64,000 nucleotides of DNA from positions 1 through 64,000 of the IMG/VR virus record IMGVR_UViG_3300036832_000775; one strand, 5' to 3'. The position numbers and the translations under genes are program-made. Position 1 is the first letter of the stretch; each line of letters begins with the position of its first letter. This stretch comes from a virus. Under the pieces are notes generated by a model. The model was not told the DNA's origin, ran no database searches, and worked only from the letters and a program-made list of their open reading frames with translations. This document shows, piece after piece, positions 27,931 through 38,879 of this stretch.

Positions 27931-28664
27931 TTGGCTGGCCCCGGCAATCGTTTGATCGTGTCGGCGGCCTCTTTCTTCAACGTCAGGACCCATCTGTCGA
28001 GGATGAGGTGCCCCTTATCGACATTGCCATCCCCCATTTTTGCGACCTCACTCGGCGAGATTACAAACTCGCCGCCACTCGCATTGATCGGAACCGCGCC
28101 ATTCCTCGTCGGCAGATTGGTCGCTGCGCCGCCATGCTTCTGCTTGTCAGTCAGCGCCGGGTTCTCCTCCGACATGCCCTGCGGATAGAAATTCGGCGGC
28201 GTGAAGTGCATCGGCGGCGGCTTGCCCCTGGGTATCTTGATGCCCTTGCCGACCTTGAGCGCCGGAGATGGCGCGCCCCATGGCGCCTTTGGCGCGCCCC
28301 ACGGGCTGCCAAACATCATCTTCAATTGGCTCATGCCGCTGACGGTGTTCCCTTCGCCCAAGTGCGAGACCGCCCAAGCCGGGACGACGTAACTTCCATC
28401 GGGGACATGCATGGGAACGTCGTCGGCGCGGCCGGCGCCTGCCGACATGATGCCGCCAGTGAACGGCGACTCGGGACTATCCTCGATGCCGCCGCCTGTC
28501 TCGCCGCCTTCCGCGCGCCCAGGCCGCATCAGCATGCGGTCGCTGACCCCAGCTCCGAATTTCGGCGTCGCCATTGGTTTCGGGAGCGTCGGCATGCGAG
28601 GCGGCTTACTCGCACCGAGCATGCGCTGGATGCGGATAGCCGACGGGTTGTAGCCGTTCGCCAT
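27927..28664 (-). CDS. Virion protein with a duplicated D-x-VP...G(S/E)(Y/F)V...LG-x-GN domain
   Basis: RADDVPMHVPDGSYVVPAWAVSHLGEGN and VPINASGGEFVISPSEVAKMGDGN. Confidence 0.75.
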   Translation of the reverse strand: MANGYNPSAIRIQRMLGASKPPRMPTLPKPMATPKFGAGVSDRMLMRPGRAEGGETGGGIEDSPESPFTGGIMSAGAGRADDVPMHVPDGSYVVPAWAVSHLGEGNTVSGMSQLKMMFGSPWGAPKAPWGAPSPALKVGKGIKIPRGKPPPMHFTPPNFYPQGMSEENPALTDKQKHGGAATNLPTRNGAVPINASGGEFVISPSEVAKMGDGNVDKGHLILDRWVLTLKKEAADTIKRLPGPAK

Positions 28665-28667
28665 GGC

Positions 28668-28943
28668 TTACACCGGATAGTAGGGAACGAGACGAGGACC
28701 GACGCCAGGAATGTCGACAGTGATGTAGCCGTCAGGCGAGGTGGGCAGCGGCCCCGCACGCTGTGCGACAGCGCCCATCTGCCCGGTCATGGAGCCGCGC
28801 GCGAGGCCGCTTAATTGCGTCGCAACATCGCTGAGCACTGGGCTAATGCCAGCTGTCGCTCGAATGAGATGGCCGAGCTGAGTATTTCCGTTTTGCAGCG
28901 TTGAGATCAACGTCTGCAGTTCACCTCCGCTGACGTCCGCCAC
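28668..28943 (-). CDS. Small virion protein
   Basis: AGGAGG RBS; LPTSPDGYITVDI..LVPYY. Confidence 0.65.
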   Translation of the reverse strand: MADVSGGELQTLISTLQNGNTQLGHLIRATAGISPVLSDVATQLSGLARGSMTGQMGAVAQRAGPLPTSPDGYITVDIPGVGPRLVPYYPV

Positions 28944-28962
28944 TTAGGTTCCTCCTGTCGCA

Positions 28963-31200
28963 TCAGTTGCGACCGTCAGGAGCGAACCGGAACTTGAAAC
29001 CGCCCAACCGTGCAAAAGACCCAAGGTCATTGCCTTGGATCTCCGCGAAGAAATAGCGCCCTCTGCACCGGACCTCAACTGCCCCGGTGGCATTGGTGAC
29101 AATAAAAGGCCCGTAGGGGATCCAGGTTTCTCGCGGGTCGTCTGGATACTCGGCCGTGTAGAGGATGATTTGGACCTGGGCGCTGACGCTCTGCGGTTGT
29201 TGCCAGCGCCGCCAGCGCATGTCGGGAATCATGTAGTCGATGAAGACTTTGTCCTCGCCCTCGCTCAGCATGAAGAAGCCCGTCTGAACCATCCAATTGA
29301 TCGGCTGGCCGTTGGCGTCCGCCCCCATCTCATGCTGGTGGATCATCGAGTTGACCCCGCCGGAGACAACCATCGACGAGACGGGATGGCCGAAGATGTT
29401 GTTGTCGAGCCAGGCCGTGACATGGATTGGAGTCTCGCCGACCATGCCTTCCTGCGGGGTCGAGAGCGAATAGTCCCACTCCCCGGTAACCGGGTTGAAC
29501 TTCACCCAGCTGTCGTTCTCGCCATCCACCGAAGCCATCGAGGGGAAGTGAAAGGCGACCTCGTCAAAGCCAGAGTTAGCCGCGCCTCGGATATGGTGGA
29601 AGTAGAAGTAGTCCCCGTCGCTGTCCCTGGCGTTGTTTAGATTCTTGATGATCACGTCCCAGACGTCGCACTGGAGCCGCTGCACGGTGCCGTTAGAGTA
29701 CATCCAGAAGGCATCGCGCGACATCCAGAAGACTTGCGGGCCGTAGATGGCCCAGGCGTGCTTGCCGATAAGTCCACAGCCCTGCGCCACCTCGTTGAAG
29801 CCAAATACATTGGGATATCCGATGTAGGCCATCACCCACAAACCAACATCTGTCCAAAGCATAGCCTGCTGGGGTCCTTGGCAGCCACCTATGATTTTAC
29901 TTCCGCGCGTCAGTCGATATGTTCCAGCTTGATTGGAAACCGCCGCGGTCCAGGTGTTATAGTTGGCGTTATCGCACCAGGCGACGAGCATGGGGTCCTG
30001 CACCTGGCCCGTGCTTGCTCCGTAGGCGATGATTTGCTGTTCGGGCATGCCGATGAAGAAGCCCGAGGCATAGCTCGGCCCGTTGCCGATCCGCTCCGAG
30101 TTCTGAATCCCGCTCGTCGGGTCCCAGGCGAACAGCGGCCCGTTGATCGCGCTCGAGATCAGCTGCGAGCCCCAGTTAGCGAGCGTCCAGTCGTCGCCGG
30201 AGATCGCGCCGAACCCAACCGTCCCCTCCGGCGGCGGGTATGGCGTCCCCGATAGCGGCGACGGTTGCTGGCCTACGCCCCAGCCGCCGGTGCCCCAGCC
30301 GCCGACGCCCCAACCTGAGTTCGGCAGGAGCGGCGCTTGCGTGACCCAATAGATGAGCTGCGGCGCGCCACTGAGGTTCGCTTCATTCGTTGTGGCCGAC
30401 GTCGGGCACGATTCCTGCGCGAAGATGATGAAGTGGTTCGCGTCGATGACCTCTTGGACTGGATAGAAGCCCTGCAGCGTCACCGTCCCTGCAGGATTAG
30501 TGTTATCGCCGATGTACGTCGGCATCGGGATTGAGAAGTACGCGCCCGCAACCAGCCCATGGCTCGGCAGATAGACGTTGACGACCTCGGTGTTCGCGTT
30601 CGAGGTGAATGTGGCGACGCACGGCGTCGTCGCGGTGGCGGCGCTGACCGCGGAGAATGGCAGCGTGATCGTGTACTGCAGATTGGTCAGCATCGTTGTG
30701 ATCGGGTAGGTGCCGAAGATCACGATGCCGCCGACGGCGACATGGCACTCGATCTGGACCGAGCCGTAATTGTTTATCTGGGCATTGGGGTCGTTGATCG
30801 TGACGATCGGCGAGCCCGCCGTTGTCGTAAAGGTCTGACCGTTGGTCGAGACCGCATACTGCGGCGTGATGGTTTGATTGGCCGGCCGGCCGCCTTGGGT
30901 CGGCGTTAGGACGTTCAGGCCAGCTGAGCCCGCAATCGCGAGATGGTAACTGAGATTGAGGTCCATCCAGGCGCATAGGTCGCGCGTGATGCCATTGACC
31001 GTTTGAGTGGCTGAGCCGGTAGGCGGACCGCTGGCGACGTTCCAGAGCCCCGTCGCGAAAAAATTGATCCAGCCGCCATACTTCTCCGGCAGGCCGCCCT
31101 TCCAGCGAATCATGTTCGAGGCGACGATGTTCGCCTGAAGCAGCGTCGGAGTCTGAAGCGCCTTAACTCCTGGCTGGATCTTGACGGTCTCGAAGGGCAT
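28963..31200 (-). CDS. Tail nozzle / DNA stabilization protein (P22 gp10-like position)
   Basis: KIQPGV..IRWKGGLPEKYGGW; NQAGTYRL; CGLIG; RGR; C-terminal PDGRN; beta-propeller-like. Confidence 0.75.
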   Translation of the reverse strand: MPFETVKIQPGVKALQTPTLLQANIVASNMIRWKGGLPEKYGGWINFFATGLWNVASGPPTGSATQTVNGITRDLCAWMDLNLSYHLAIAGSAGLNVLTPTQGGRPANQTITPQYAVSTNGQTFTTTAGSPIVTINDPNAQINNYGSVQIECHVAVGGIVIFGTYPITTMLTNLQYTITLPFSAVSAATATTPCVATFTSNANTEVVNVYLPSHGLVAGAYFSIPMPTYIGDNTNPAGTVTLQGFYPVQEVIDANHFIIFAQESCPTSATTNEANLSGAPQLIYWVTQAPLLPNSGWGVGGWGTGGWGVGQQPSPLSGTPYPPPEGTVGFGAISGDDWTLANWGSQLISSAINGPLFAWDPTSGIQNSERIGNGPSYASGFFIGMPEQQIIAYGASTGQVQDPMLVAWCDNANYNTWTAAVSNQAGTYRLTRGSKIIGGCQGPQQAMLWTDVGLWVMAYIGYPNVFGFNEVAQGCGLIGKHAWAIYGPQVFWMSRDAFWMYSNGTVQRLQCDVWDVIIKNLNNARDSDGDYFYFHHIRGAANSGFDEVAFHFPSMASVDGENDSWVKFNPVTGEWDYSLSTPQEGMVGETPIHVTAWLDNNIFGHPVSSMVVSGGVNSMIHQHEMGADANGQPINWMVQTGFFMLSEGEDKVFIDYMIPDMRWRRWQQPQSVSAQVQIILYTAEYPDDPRETWIPYGPFIVTNATGAVEVRCRGRYFFAEIQGNDLGSFARLGGFKFRFAPDGRN

Positions 31201-31203
31201 GGT

Positions 31204-32007
31204 TCACCCCGCAGGAGCCCCAGCTGGAGCCGGCATCGACGGCGATTGATACGACGACATCATGCCCCAGCCGAGAAACTTCTTCCTGGTCTCTTCGCTC
31301 TTCGCCGAGCTCAGCAGCGTTTGGAATTGCGTCTCCCAGCTCACCGCCATGCGCGGGTCGTCGGCCTGGGCGCCGTAGTTCTTGCGGTAGCCCGAGGCGG
31401 AGACCATCGCGCAGGCGAGGAAGAGATCTGGCAGGACCTGGGTCAGGAATGTGGTCTGCGTCCCGTCGGCCGGCGCGGCCAGGTAGAGCGGGACCGGACG
31501 CGCAGAGCCATGCACCAGGAAATAATAGGCCTGGTCCGGCATCGGCCCGAACACGAGCGTCTGGTCGTCGAGGAGCGCGAAGCGCACCGGCTGCCCAGTG
31601 GTTTCAGGGTTCGGAAAGACGCCGCTGTAGATCGCGTCAAGGTAATCGACCGTGCTCGGGAGGCAGGGCTCTCCGCCAACCGTCGGGGCCACGCCAGGAA
31701 TGGGCGGGAGGACCGCATTGGGCGGCTCGACCCGGACCCGATCGACGACGAGAATTTGCTGCGGTGGGGATGGGGTCGAATAGACCGCGCCGCCGACCGC
31801 GAAGCTCTGCGAGCGCCGGAAAGGAGCCATCTGGAACCACTGCCGCGCCTCTGCGGTCAGGAGGTCAAGCTCGCGATAGCAGCGCTGTTCGGCATAATCG
31901 ATGATGGTAGGCAGGACGGCGACGAAGTTCGGTTCGTTCACGTTGTTGTTCGGAACGACCATCTCGATCGCGAGCGCGGTTTGGAAAGTTGTATAATTAT
32001 AACTCAT
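31204..32007 (-). CDS. Head-tail adaptor
   Basis: IIDYAEQRCYREL..GPMPDQAY..TFL..PDLFL. Confidence 0.75.
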   Translation of the reverse strand: MSYNYTTFQTALAIEMVVPNNNVNEPNFVAVLPTIIDYAEQRCYRELDLLTAEARQWFQMAPFRRSQSFAVGGAVYSTPSPPQQILVVDRVRVEPPNAVLPPIPGVAPTVGGEPCLPSTVDYLDAIYSGVFPNPETTGQPVRFALLDDQTLVFGPMPDQAYYFLVHGSARPVPLYLAAPADGTQTTFLTQVLPDLFLACAMVSASGYRKNYGAQADDPRMAVSWETQFQTLLSSAKSEETRKKFLGWGMMSSYQSPSMPAPAGAPAG

Positions 32008-33359
32008 GCCCTGGCCGCCTCCAGTTCCTCGATCCGAGCCGCCAGCGTCTTGACCGCCTCGACCAAGAGCGCAGTCAATTGCCCGTAGGCGATGCCAAGC
32101 GTCGTCTCGCCGGTCTCCTTGCCTTCTAGGTCAGTCTCGGCATGCTCGTAGACGACTTCCGGCACAATCGAGCGCACGTCTTGCGCTACGAGGCCGATCT
32201 CGCGCTGGTGCTTGATCTTCAGGTCATTGCCTTCGACATCGATCCGGTCGAACGCCACGCCTCTCAGGCGCAAGACTTTGGCGAGCGCGTCGGCGATTGG
32301 CTCAATGTTCTTCTTTAGCTTGATGTCCGAACCGTTCGTATAGGTTCCTTGCACCCAGAAGCCCCCTGCCCCGTCGAGCGTGCAGGTGCGGGCCGAGGCG
32401 TTGTAAAATTCGTGAGTGTAAGTCGTCCGGCCACCGCCATTGGTGATGCATGTGCCGGTCGAAGAATTGCCGAACTGAGAGCCGGTGAAGCCCGCATACA
32501 CCGCTCCGATTGCGCCGTAGGTGTTACCCCCGTTTGGCGATTGAACGCCGGTACTGGTGACATAGCCCTGTGTCGTCGTCGGATTGCCGCTGCCATCGGT
32601 GGTGCCCCACGCCATGATCGCGCCAAGGCCGGGGTTCCACCATCCCATCCCCGAAGTGCCGTCGCGGACGACCGCGATGCAGGAATTGCCGGCGCCGTGG
32701 GAGTAGATCGGGGCGCTGTTGGCGGCGACGTGCGTGCCGGTAGTGGAGACGGTAGCCGCAGAGAAATTGCCGCTCTGATCGAGCGAGGCGATCCGGGCCG
32801 CTCCCCAATAATACTCGAAGCTGTAAGTCGGACGGCTGCCGCCGTTGACGACCATCGTCGCCGTGCCTGCCGTATTGGTCGCCTGCCCGCCAGAGAGCGT
32901 GATGTAGCCGCCTGCCGCGTTGGCGACGATGCTGTTGTCGGTCGGGATCACTTGGATCGTATTGGCGGCGACGATATATCGCGTATTCAGGTTTCCGGTC
33001 AGCGTTCCTCCGGTCAAAGGCAGATAGCCGCCGAGCGATACGTTCATCTGCTGCAGCGGCACCGGGTTCAGGCTCGCGGTCGCATTACCCGACAGCGTCA
33101 TCAAGCCGGTCATCGCGCCGCCGCTCAGCGGCAGATACCCACCCAATGACGCATTGACTTGCTGCAACGGCACCGGATTGAGATTGGCGGTCGCGTTGCC
33201 CTTGAGGACGATGTCGCCGTTCATCGTCCCGCCGCTCAAAGGCAAGAACCCAGTTCCGGTGCCGGTCGAACCCCACTTGGCCCCGTCCCATTTCCAGGCC
33301 GAGCCGTTGGGAGCCGTGAACACCTGATTGAGGGTTGCAGGAGAGGGGAAATCTAACAT
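32004..33359 (-). CDS. Tail fibre with C-terminal peptidase S74 chaperone
   Basis: LPLSGGTM repeats; [27 protein letters not shown]. Confidence 0.88.
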   Translation of the reverse strand: MLDFPSPATLNQVFTAPNGSAWKWDGAKWGSTGTGTGFLPLSGGTMNGDIVLKGNATANLNPVPLQQVNASLGGYLPLSGGAMTGLMTLSGNATASLNPVPLQQMNVSLGGYLPLTGGTLTGNLNTRYIVAANTIQVIPTDNSIVANAAGGYITLSGGQATNTAGTATMVVNGGSRPTYSFEYYWGAARIASLDQSGNFSAATVSTTGTHVAANSAPIYSHGAGNSCIAVVRDGTSGMGWWNPGLGAIMAWGTTDGSGNPTTTQGYVTSTGVQSPNGGNTYGAIGAVYAGFTGSQFGNSSTGTCITNGGGRTTYTHEFYNASARTCTLDGAGGFWVQGTYTNGSDIKLKKNIEPIADALAKVLRLRGVAFDRIDVEGNDLKIKHQREIGLVAQDVRSIVPEVVYEHAETDLEGKETGETTLGIAYGQLTALLVEAVKTLAARIEELEAARA

Positions 33360-36300
33360 CGGCCCGCCTCCAACGCCGCGATACGCGCCGTCAGGTCAGC
33401 ATTCTGCGCCGCCAGCGTCTTGACCGCGTTGACGAGCGCGTAGGTCAGCGCCGAAGCGTCCAGCCCGAGAAGGTCCGGCACATCGGTCTTGATCCGGCCT
33501 TTTTTGTTGTCGTGATCAATCGAGTGCAGTTCGGCTTCGCAGAGCATTTCCGGCATGATCGGTTGCACGTCTTGCGCCGTCAGTCCGTAATAGGTCTTGC
33601 CGTTGTCGGGCGTGCCGCCCCTGCCGTTGTACTGGTAGGCGACCGGGCGCAAGGCGCAGACCTGATCGAGGCCCGCCGAATAATCCTTGACGTTCTTCTT
33701 CACCCGAATATCCGACTGCGTCGCCCAGACGCCGCCGCCCGGTTTGTAGCCGTTGCCAGAGACGAGGCCAAAGTTGCCGGGGTAGTCGAGCGTCACGGTA
33801 TTGGCATTGTTGCCGTACCAATAGAGAACGCCACTGTTCCGGTCTAATTGTAGCGAATAGGCGGTTCCCCATGAGAGGGTGCGCACGCCACCGCTGATAT
33901 TCATGTAGAAGGAGGCGTCGACGTTGTAGGCGAAATAGGTCGGGCCGGTCGCTACGACGAGCGCGCCCCCGACATTAGTGTTGCCGGTCGACTGGACGCC
34001 CGCCCCGACAATCGTCCCGCTCATGGAGATGCCGGTCCCGTTGAGTTGTCCGCTCAACGTCCCTCCCACCAGCTGGAGGTAGGCCGAGTTGCCGTAGGTG
34101 CGAACCCAATAGGTATTTGCGACTGCCGCCGAATTGTCGGTGTTCGACGGACTTGGCACAAGCGGGACGCCGGAGAAGTTTGGGCTCGCCAGTGGGGCGC
34201 GTGAGGTGTCGGTCGGATGAACGTGGTCGTTGCGCGCGAACATTGCGCCGACGCCAACCGCCGCCGTTCCGTCCATCAATGGGGTTGTGCTTGAGGCGAC
34301 CGGCAATTGCTGCAACGTCACTGGGTTCAGGTTCGCAGTCGCATTGCCTTTGAGAACGAGGTCGCCGGTCAACGTTCCGCCCGCTAAAGGTAGGAACGGA
34401 GCCGCGTTCATCTGCTGCAACGTCACCGGATTGAGCGCCGCCACAGCGTTGCCCTTGAGCACGATGTCGCCCGTGAGGGTCCCGCCGCTCAAAGGCAGAT
34501 AGCCGCTCGTAAGCTGCTGCAACGGCACTGGATTGAGTGCCGCCGTCGCGTTGCCCTTGAGCACGATGTCGCCGTTCATCGTCCCGCCGCTCAAAGGCAG
34601 GAAATTGCCGCCGGAATTGTTAGCGATCACCCACTGACTTGAGTTGGCATCTTGATACCAGAGGTAGGTCTGGCCTCCGACGGAATCGAACCAGAGGTCC
34701 CCCGGTTTCGGATTTGTCGGAGCGATGTCGCTGATGGTCACGCTCGCGCCGATCGCCGCTTGCCACGAAGCATCCGAGCCGCGCCGCGCATAGAGCGCAC
34801 CGTCGGTCGGCGCCTCGGGCACGGGACCAGGCGGCCCGGTGTTCCCGATCGGACCCTGCGGGCCTGCCGGCCCGGTCGCGCCGTTTGGCCCCGTCGGTCC
34901 TGCCGGCCCGGTGCTCCCGGTGGATCCGGTCGGACCTGGCACGCCCTGCGGCCCAGGATCGCCCTTCAGACCTTGCGGTCCAGTAATGCCAGATGGCCCT
35001 TGCGGCCCTGCCGGCCCTGCCGGACCGTCGTTGCCGAGAGGCCCTACCGGACCCTGGATGCCCTGCGGGCCAGGCGTGCCCTGCGAACCCTGCGGACCAG
35101 GCGGCCCGGTGTTCCCGATCGGTCCTTGCGGGCCTGCACCTCCGCCGGTTCCCTGGGGGCCTGCCGGCCCCTGGGGGCCTACCGAACCAGCTGCGCCGTC
35201 CTGGCCAGGAACGCCCTGGATCCCCTGCGGACCAGGCGGCCCGACGACATTGCCGAGGCTCGTCCAACCCGCAGGCGTGATTGATGTCCCGACGTAGTCC
35301 CAGATCGAGCTGTCGACGGTGTAGACCATCGCTTGCCCGGGCTGCATCTGGATGGCTGTCGGGGGATTCCCGGCCGAGTCCCAATTGATCGGGATGAGAC
35401 CGGACGGGGGCAGCGTGGAGGGCGCGTTGTGCGTGAACGATCCGACGATGATCGCGGTCTGCCCAGGCGGCCCAGGATTGCCCTGGGAGCCCTGTGGGCC
35501 GGATGTACCGGGGTCCCCCTGTATACCCTGCACGCCCTGGATACCCTGGTCTCCTGGGGCTCCCGGGGTCCCCTGGGGGCCGGCTGGGCCGATGATCCCT
35601 TGAGCTCCGGTCGCGCCGCCTGGCCCCTGGGCTCCGGTTGAGCCGCCCGGGCCTGCCGGCCCCTGCGGACCAGGCGGACCCTGCGAACCCTGCTGGCCAG
35701 GCGGACCCTGCGTCGCGCCCCCGATATCGATCCACCCGGGCGCGGTGTATTGCGTGCCGACGAAGTCCCAGACTGAGTTGCTCGGCGTATAGATGAGCGC
35801 CTGCCCGGGCTTCATCTGCAGATCGGCCGGCGGATTCCCCGGAGCATCCCAGTTCGCGGGGAGCAACCCGCTCGGCGGCAACGTCGAAGGGTTATGATTC
35901 GCGAAGCTGCCGACGACGATCGCGGTCTGCCCCGCGGCTCCCGTGATGCCTGGCGGCCCCTCGGGGCCTGCCGGCCCCTGGACTCCCTGCTGACCGGGGA
36001 TGCCTTGAGGACCCTGGGGGCCGACCGGCCCCTGTGGGCCTGACGGACCAGGAATCCCTGCGAGCTGCGTCCAGATCGGGTCGTTCCCGGCTCCCTGGCT
36101 TTGCAAGAAACTGCCGGAGACGCCGACGCCCGACCAGCGCGGCGGATCGCCGCCGACGAGCACCGCGCCAGGCGGGTTGGGATAGATCGCGCCGAACTGC
36201 GTCGGTCCAGCATAGAGGAGGCCGAACTCCGGATAGAATCCCCCTCCCGTGCCGCCATCATCCACCGAGATCGGCGTCGGCACTCGGATGTATTCGACGA

Positions 36301-36607
36301 GCACGTCGATCGGGTTCTTGACCGTGATCCCGCCCTGAACCATCGGGATCCACTCGCCGCCTTGGATCACGCCGCCCTGCGGGAGCTGCGAGATCGGGGT
36401 CTCGTCTTGCGGGGCTTCGCCGGCTTGCAGCGATGGAGCCGCGGGGATCGGCGGCATGTCCGTTTGTCGCGCCACTGGCGGGAGCGTTAGCGGGGTCGCC
36501 GGCCGCGCCGTCTGTACTGGCCCGGGCGTCGGCCATTGCGCAGCTCCAGGCACGCCTGGGATCGGCGACGACGGCGCAGCCGGGTCAGGGGAGAAGAGCT
36601 TATTCAA
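33353..36607 (-). CDS. Collagen-like tail fibre with C-terminal S74 chaperone
   Basis: three Gly-X-Y blocks, [20 protein letters not shown] repeats, [16 protein letters not shown]. Confidence 0.88.
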   Translation of the reverse strand: MNKLFSPDPAAPSSPIPGVPGAAQWPTPGPVQTARPATPLTLPPVARQTDMPPIPAAPSLQAGEAPQDETPISQLPQGGVIQGGEWIPMVQGGITVKNPIDVLVEYIRVPTPISVDDGGTGGGFYPEFGLLYAGPTQFGAIYPNPPGAVLVGGDPPRWSGVGVSGSFLQSQGAGNDPIWTQLAGIPGPSGPQGPVGPQGPQGIPGQQGVQGPAGPEGPPGITGAAGQTAIVVGSFANHNPSTLPPSGLLPANWDAPGNPPADLQMKPGQALIYTPSNSVWDFVGTQYTAPGWIDIGGATQGPPGQQGSQGPPGPQGPAGPGGSTGAQGPGGATGAQGIIGPAGPQGTPGAPGDQGIQGVQGIQGDPGTSGPQGSQGNPGPPGQTAIIVGSFTHNAPSTLPPSGLIPINWDSAGNPPTAIQMQPGQAMVYTVDSSIWDYVGTSITPAGWTSLGNVVGPPGPQGIQGVPGQDGAAGSVGPQGPAGPQGTGGGAGPQGPIGNTGPPGPQGSQGTPGPQGIQGPVGPLGNDGPAGPAGPQGPSGITGPQGLKGDPGPQGVPGPTGSTGSTGPAGPTGPNGATGPAGPQGPIGNTGPPGPVPEAPTDGALYARRGSDASWQAAIGASVTISDIAPTNPKPGDLWFDSVGGQTYLWYQDANSSQWVIANNSGGNFLPLSGGTMNGDIVLKGNATAALNPVPLQQLTSGYLPLSGGTLTGDIVLKGNAVAALNPVTLQQMNAAPFLPLAGGTLTGDLVLKGNATANLNPVTLQQLPVASSTTPLMDGTAAVGVGAMFARNDHVHPTDTSRAPLASPNFSGVPLVPSPSNTDNSAAVANTYWVRTYGNSAYLQLVGGTLSGQLNGTGISMSGTIVGAGVQSTGNTNVGGALVVATGPTYFAYNVDASFYMNISGGVRTLSWGTAYSLQLDRNSGVLYWYGNNANTVTLDYPGNFGLVSGNGYKPGGGVWATQSDIRVKKNVKDYSAGLDQVCALRPVAYQYNGRGGTPDNGKTYYGLTAQDVQPIMPEMLCEAELHSIDHDNKKGRIKTDVPDLLGLDASALTYALVNAVKTLAAQNADLTARIAALEAGRC

Positions 36608-36974
36608 TGGTCAGCGGCTCCCCATCCTCGGTTGTGATCGGGCGCAGCGGCGGCAGGGGTCGCTGTTCGGTCGTGATCGGATTGCCGGAGACCGCCGTCG
36701 GGTCGAAGCGCGAGGCGATGAAGTTCTCGGGGCGCGGATCGTAGACGGGGACCGGATCAGGCGGCGCGAGGCGCGCCTTGAGCTGCGGGTTCGCCCGATC
36801 GAGACAGAGCTGGCAGACGCGCTTGCGCGTATTGATGAGGCTCGTGCCCTGCCACTCGTATTGGTACTTCAGCTTGAAGAGGTTATGCCACAGGCCACAT
36901 CTGTCGCAGACGCCAAAGGCGCGCGGCGAGTGCGGGTTGGTAAGCGCACGGCCAGACCTACTCGCGTAGCCCAT
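36600..36974 (-). CDS. Zn-finger virion-module protein
   Basis: true start MGYASRSG; CDRCG..VCQLCLD..PQL..DP.P..DPRPE. Confidence 0.75.
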   Translation of the reverse strand: MGYASRSGRALTNPHSPRAFGVCDRCGLWHNLFKLKYQYEWQGTSLINTRKRVCQLCLDRANPQLKARLAPPDPVPVYDPRPENFIASRFDPTAVSGNPITTEQRPLPPLRPITTEDGEPLTIE

Positions 36975-37269
36975 CTTCTTCGCCCGTGACGTACTTGAAA
37001 TGCAAACCGCCAACGCTATGCCTGCGCAAGTCTCCCAAGCACAGCTCAATCAGAGCGCTTTTGGCGACGCGATAGGCGCGCGCCGCTGCCGATGCGCTCT
37101 CATAAAGTTTCCCATCCTCAAGGCACATAACGCGCCTTGAAGACGCTTGCGGGCCGAGAGGCCGATATCGCGCCCAGCGCTCTCGCTCAGAAGCCCTCAT
37201 GCTGCGAAGCCAAAGCCGATCTTTCGCGCGCCATTCGTGCTTCGACCCAAGCCGCATCGCCCACCTCAC
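36958..37269 (-). CDS. NUMOD1-like DNA-binding protein (homing endonuclease remnant?)
   Basis: VMCLEDGKLYESASAAARAY..I..C..GGLHFKY. Confidence 0.6.
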   Translation of the reverse strand: MRWAMRLGSKHEWRAKDRLWLRSMRASERERWARYRPLGPQASSRRVMCLEDGKLYESASAAARAYRVAKSALIELCLGDLRRHSVGGLHFKYVTGEEDGLRE

Positions 37270-37436
37270 CTACTGCCAAACTTCTTGCGCTTGACGAGAT
37301 AGCCGCTGAACCCATGCGCGCGCAGAATCTTGCTGATCGTGCCTTGGCTCACGCCCAGCTCGACCGCGATCTCGTCTTGCTTCCAGCCCTTGGCGCGCAA
37401 CGCCTTGACCTTCTCGATGAAGCCCTCGTCAATCAT
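37266..37436 (-). CDS. 56-aa HTH protein (absent from ORF track)
   Basis: manual translation MIDEGFIEKVKALRAKGWKQDEIAVELGVSQGTISKILRAHGFSGYLVKRKKFGSR. Confidence 0.7.
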   Translation of the reverse strand: MIDEGFIEKVKALRAKGWKQDEIAVELGVSQGTISKILRAHGFSGYLVKRKKFGSR

Positions 37437-38193
37437 AGTAGCTCTGGATCATCGGCAAGAGGTAGATCGAGCCGTCTTCTGTGTCCTGCGTCGCGGCAAT
37501 CCCATAGGCCTCGTCGGCCTGCGCCTTGCGCTGCGCTTCGAGATCCTGCGCGTAATGCGTCGCCAATCGATAAGCGAGGCCAGCGCAGGCCGCATCGAGC
37601 CAGCGATAGGGGATGTCGAGCTGCATCGCCCCGCGATGCATTGCATCGTACTGCTGACCATAGCTCCAGACGTGGACATGATAGACGTCATTGGGCGTCG
37701 GCCAGAACGTGATCGTCTGCGCGATCGTGCGGTCATACCAGAACGACGTCGGCCGGCTTTGCTGCGCCTTGCGCGGCTGCATCGTGTACTCTTGCCGCGT
37801 CATCGGCGTGATCGTGAGCTCGCTTTCATCTGGCGGGTCGCCCGTGCCGATCGTGACGTTGAGCACCATGATGTTGGTCGAGGGCAGCGGATAGGTCGCG
37901 AGGCCGACTTGCGTGTCGAAGGTTTGCTCGACGACCTTCCAGAGGTTCGGCCCTTTGTTGCTCCACTGCACTTGAAGCAGGTTCGCTTCCATCCACGCCT
38001 GGTGCAGATGCTCGGCGAGCACCATCGGCCCGCGGATCCGGATCCGCGAGAGCGCGTTGAGCGTGCATTCGCCGAGCGACGGGAAGAAGTTGAAGCTGCC
38101 GCTGGTACGGGATGGCTGCGGCGGCGGCGGGTTGTAGGCGCCGATCGACGAGCCGCCGACAATGAACGTGCCGATGGCGCTCTGCAGGCTCAT
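37429..38193 (-). CDS. Head-tail connector/adaptor
   Basis: W.NKGPNLWKV..GRP-like SRPTSFWYDR..WPTP..DIPYRWLDA..GLAYRLA. Confidence 0.75.
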   Translation of the reverse strand: MSLQSAIGTFIVGGSSIGAYNPPPPQPSRTSGSFNFFPSLGECTLNALSRIRIRGPMVLAEHLHQAWMEANLLQVQWSNKGPNLWKVVEQTFDTQVGLATYPLPSTNIMVLNVTIGTGDPPDESELTITPMTRQEYTMQPRKAQQSRPTSFWYDRTIAQTITFWPTPNDVYHVHVWSYGQQYDAMHRGAMQLDIPYRWLDAACAGLAYRLATHYAQDLEAQRKAQADEAYGIAATQDTEDGSIYLLPMIQSYYD

Positions 38194-38879
38194 CGCATGC
38201 GTCTCGCCGAGATGAAGCCGGTGAGCTGCGCGCCCGCGCCGCTAACTGAGCCCGAAAGATAAACCGTGGGCGCGGCGCTCGAGCTGATCCGCAGACGGCC
38301 TGTCGGGTGAGCTCCGACGCTGGTCGTAGTCAGGCCGGCGGCGATATAGGCAAATCCAGTCTGTCCGGCCCCAGTTATCAGCGGCGCGGTTGCCGAGACC
38401 GTATTGAGCCAGGCCAAGAGAACCAACCCGCTCGCGCCGGTCAGCGCCTGGACGTTGCCCTGGACGTCCCAATCGCCAGCCGCGAGCGTGAGCGAAGCAA
38501 TGTCGACGATCGTAGCGCTGGCCGAGGCGATGCCGGTCGACCTGGAGGCGGTTAGCCATTCGCCGACCATGCCCGCCGCAGCATTGGAGCCGTCAGTGAC
38601 GCCGGCCACCGAACCGGTCAAAGTCCCCGCGACATTACCGCTGACGTTACCTGTCAGATTGCCGGTGACATTGCCGGTGACATTGCCGGTCAAGGCTCCT
38701 GTGACATTGCCGCTGACGTTGCCGGTCAGCGGCCCCGAGAAGGTCCCGACAAACGAGGTCGTAAAGTCTGCCTTCTCGCTGAAGAGCGTGTCCCATTGCT
38801 GGGGCGTCGGCACGAATGAGCCGCTCATCCACGTCGATTGCGGGATGCCTAAGATCGTCCAGGGGTCGCTGCCGCTCAT
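38190..38879 (-). CDS. Virion fibre-like protein with (L/V)TGN repeats
   Basis: LTGNVSGNVTGALTGNVTG; GVTDGSNAAAGMVGE; ISARRMR. Confidence 0.7.
   Translation of the reverse strand: MSGSDPWTILGIPQSTWMSGSFVPTPQQWDTLFSEKADFTTSFVGTFSGPLTGNVSGNVTGALTGNVTGNVTGNLTGNVSGNVAGTLTGSVAGVTDGSNAAAGMVGEWLTASRSTGIASASATIVDIASLTLAAGDWDVQGNVQALTGASGLVLLAWLNTVSATAPLITGAGQTGFAYIAAGLTTTSVGAHPTGRLRISSSAAPTVYLSGSVSGAGAQLTGFISARRMR

Noticed and set aside
32004-36607. Diversity-generating retroelement
   Set aside because: No reverse transcriptase; repeat differences are not adenine-specific
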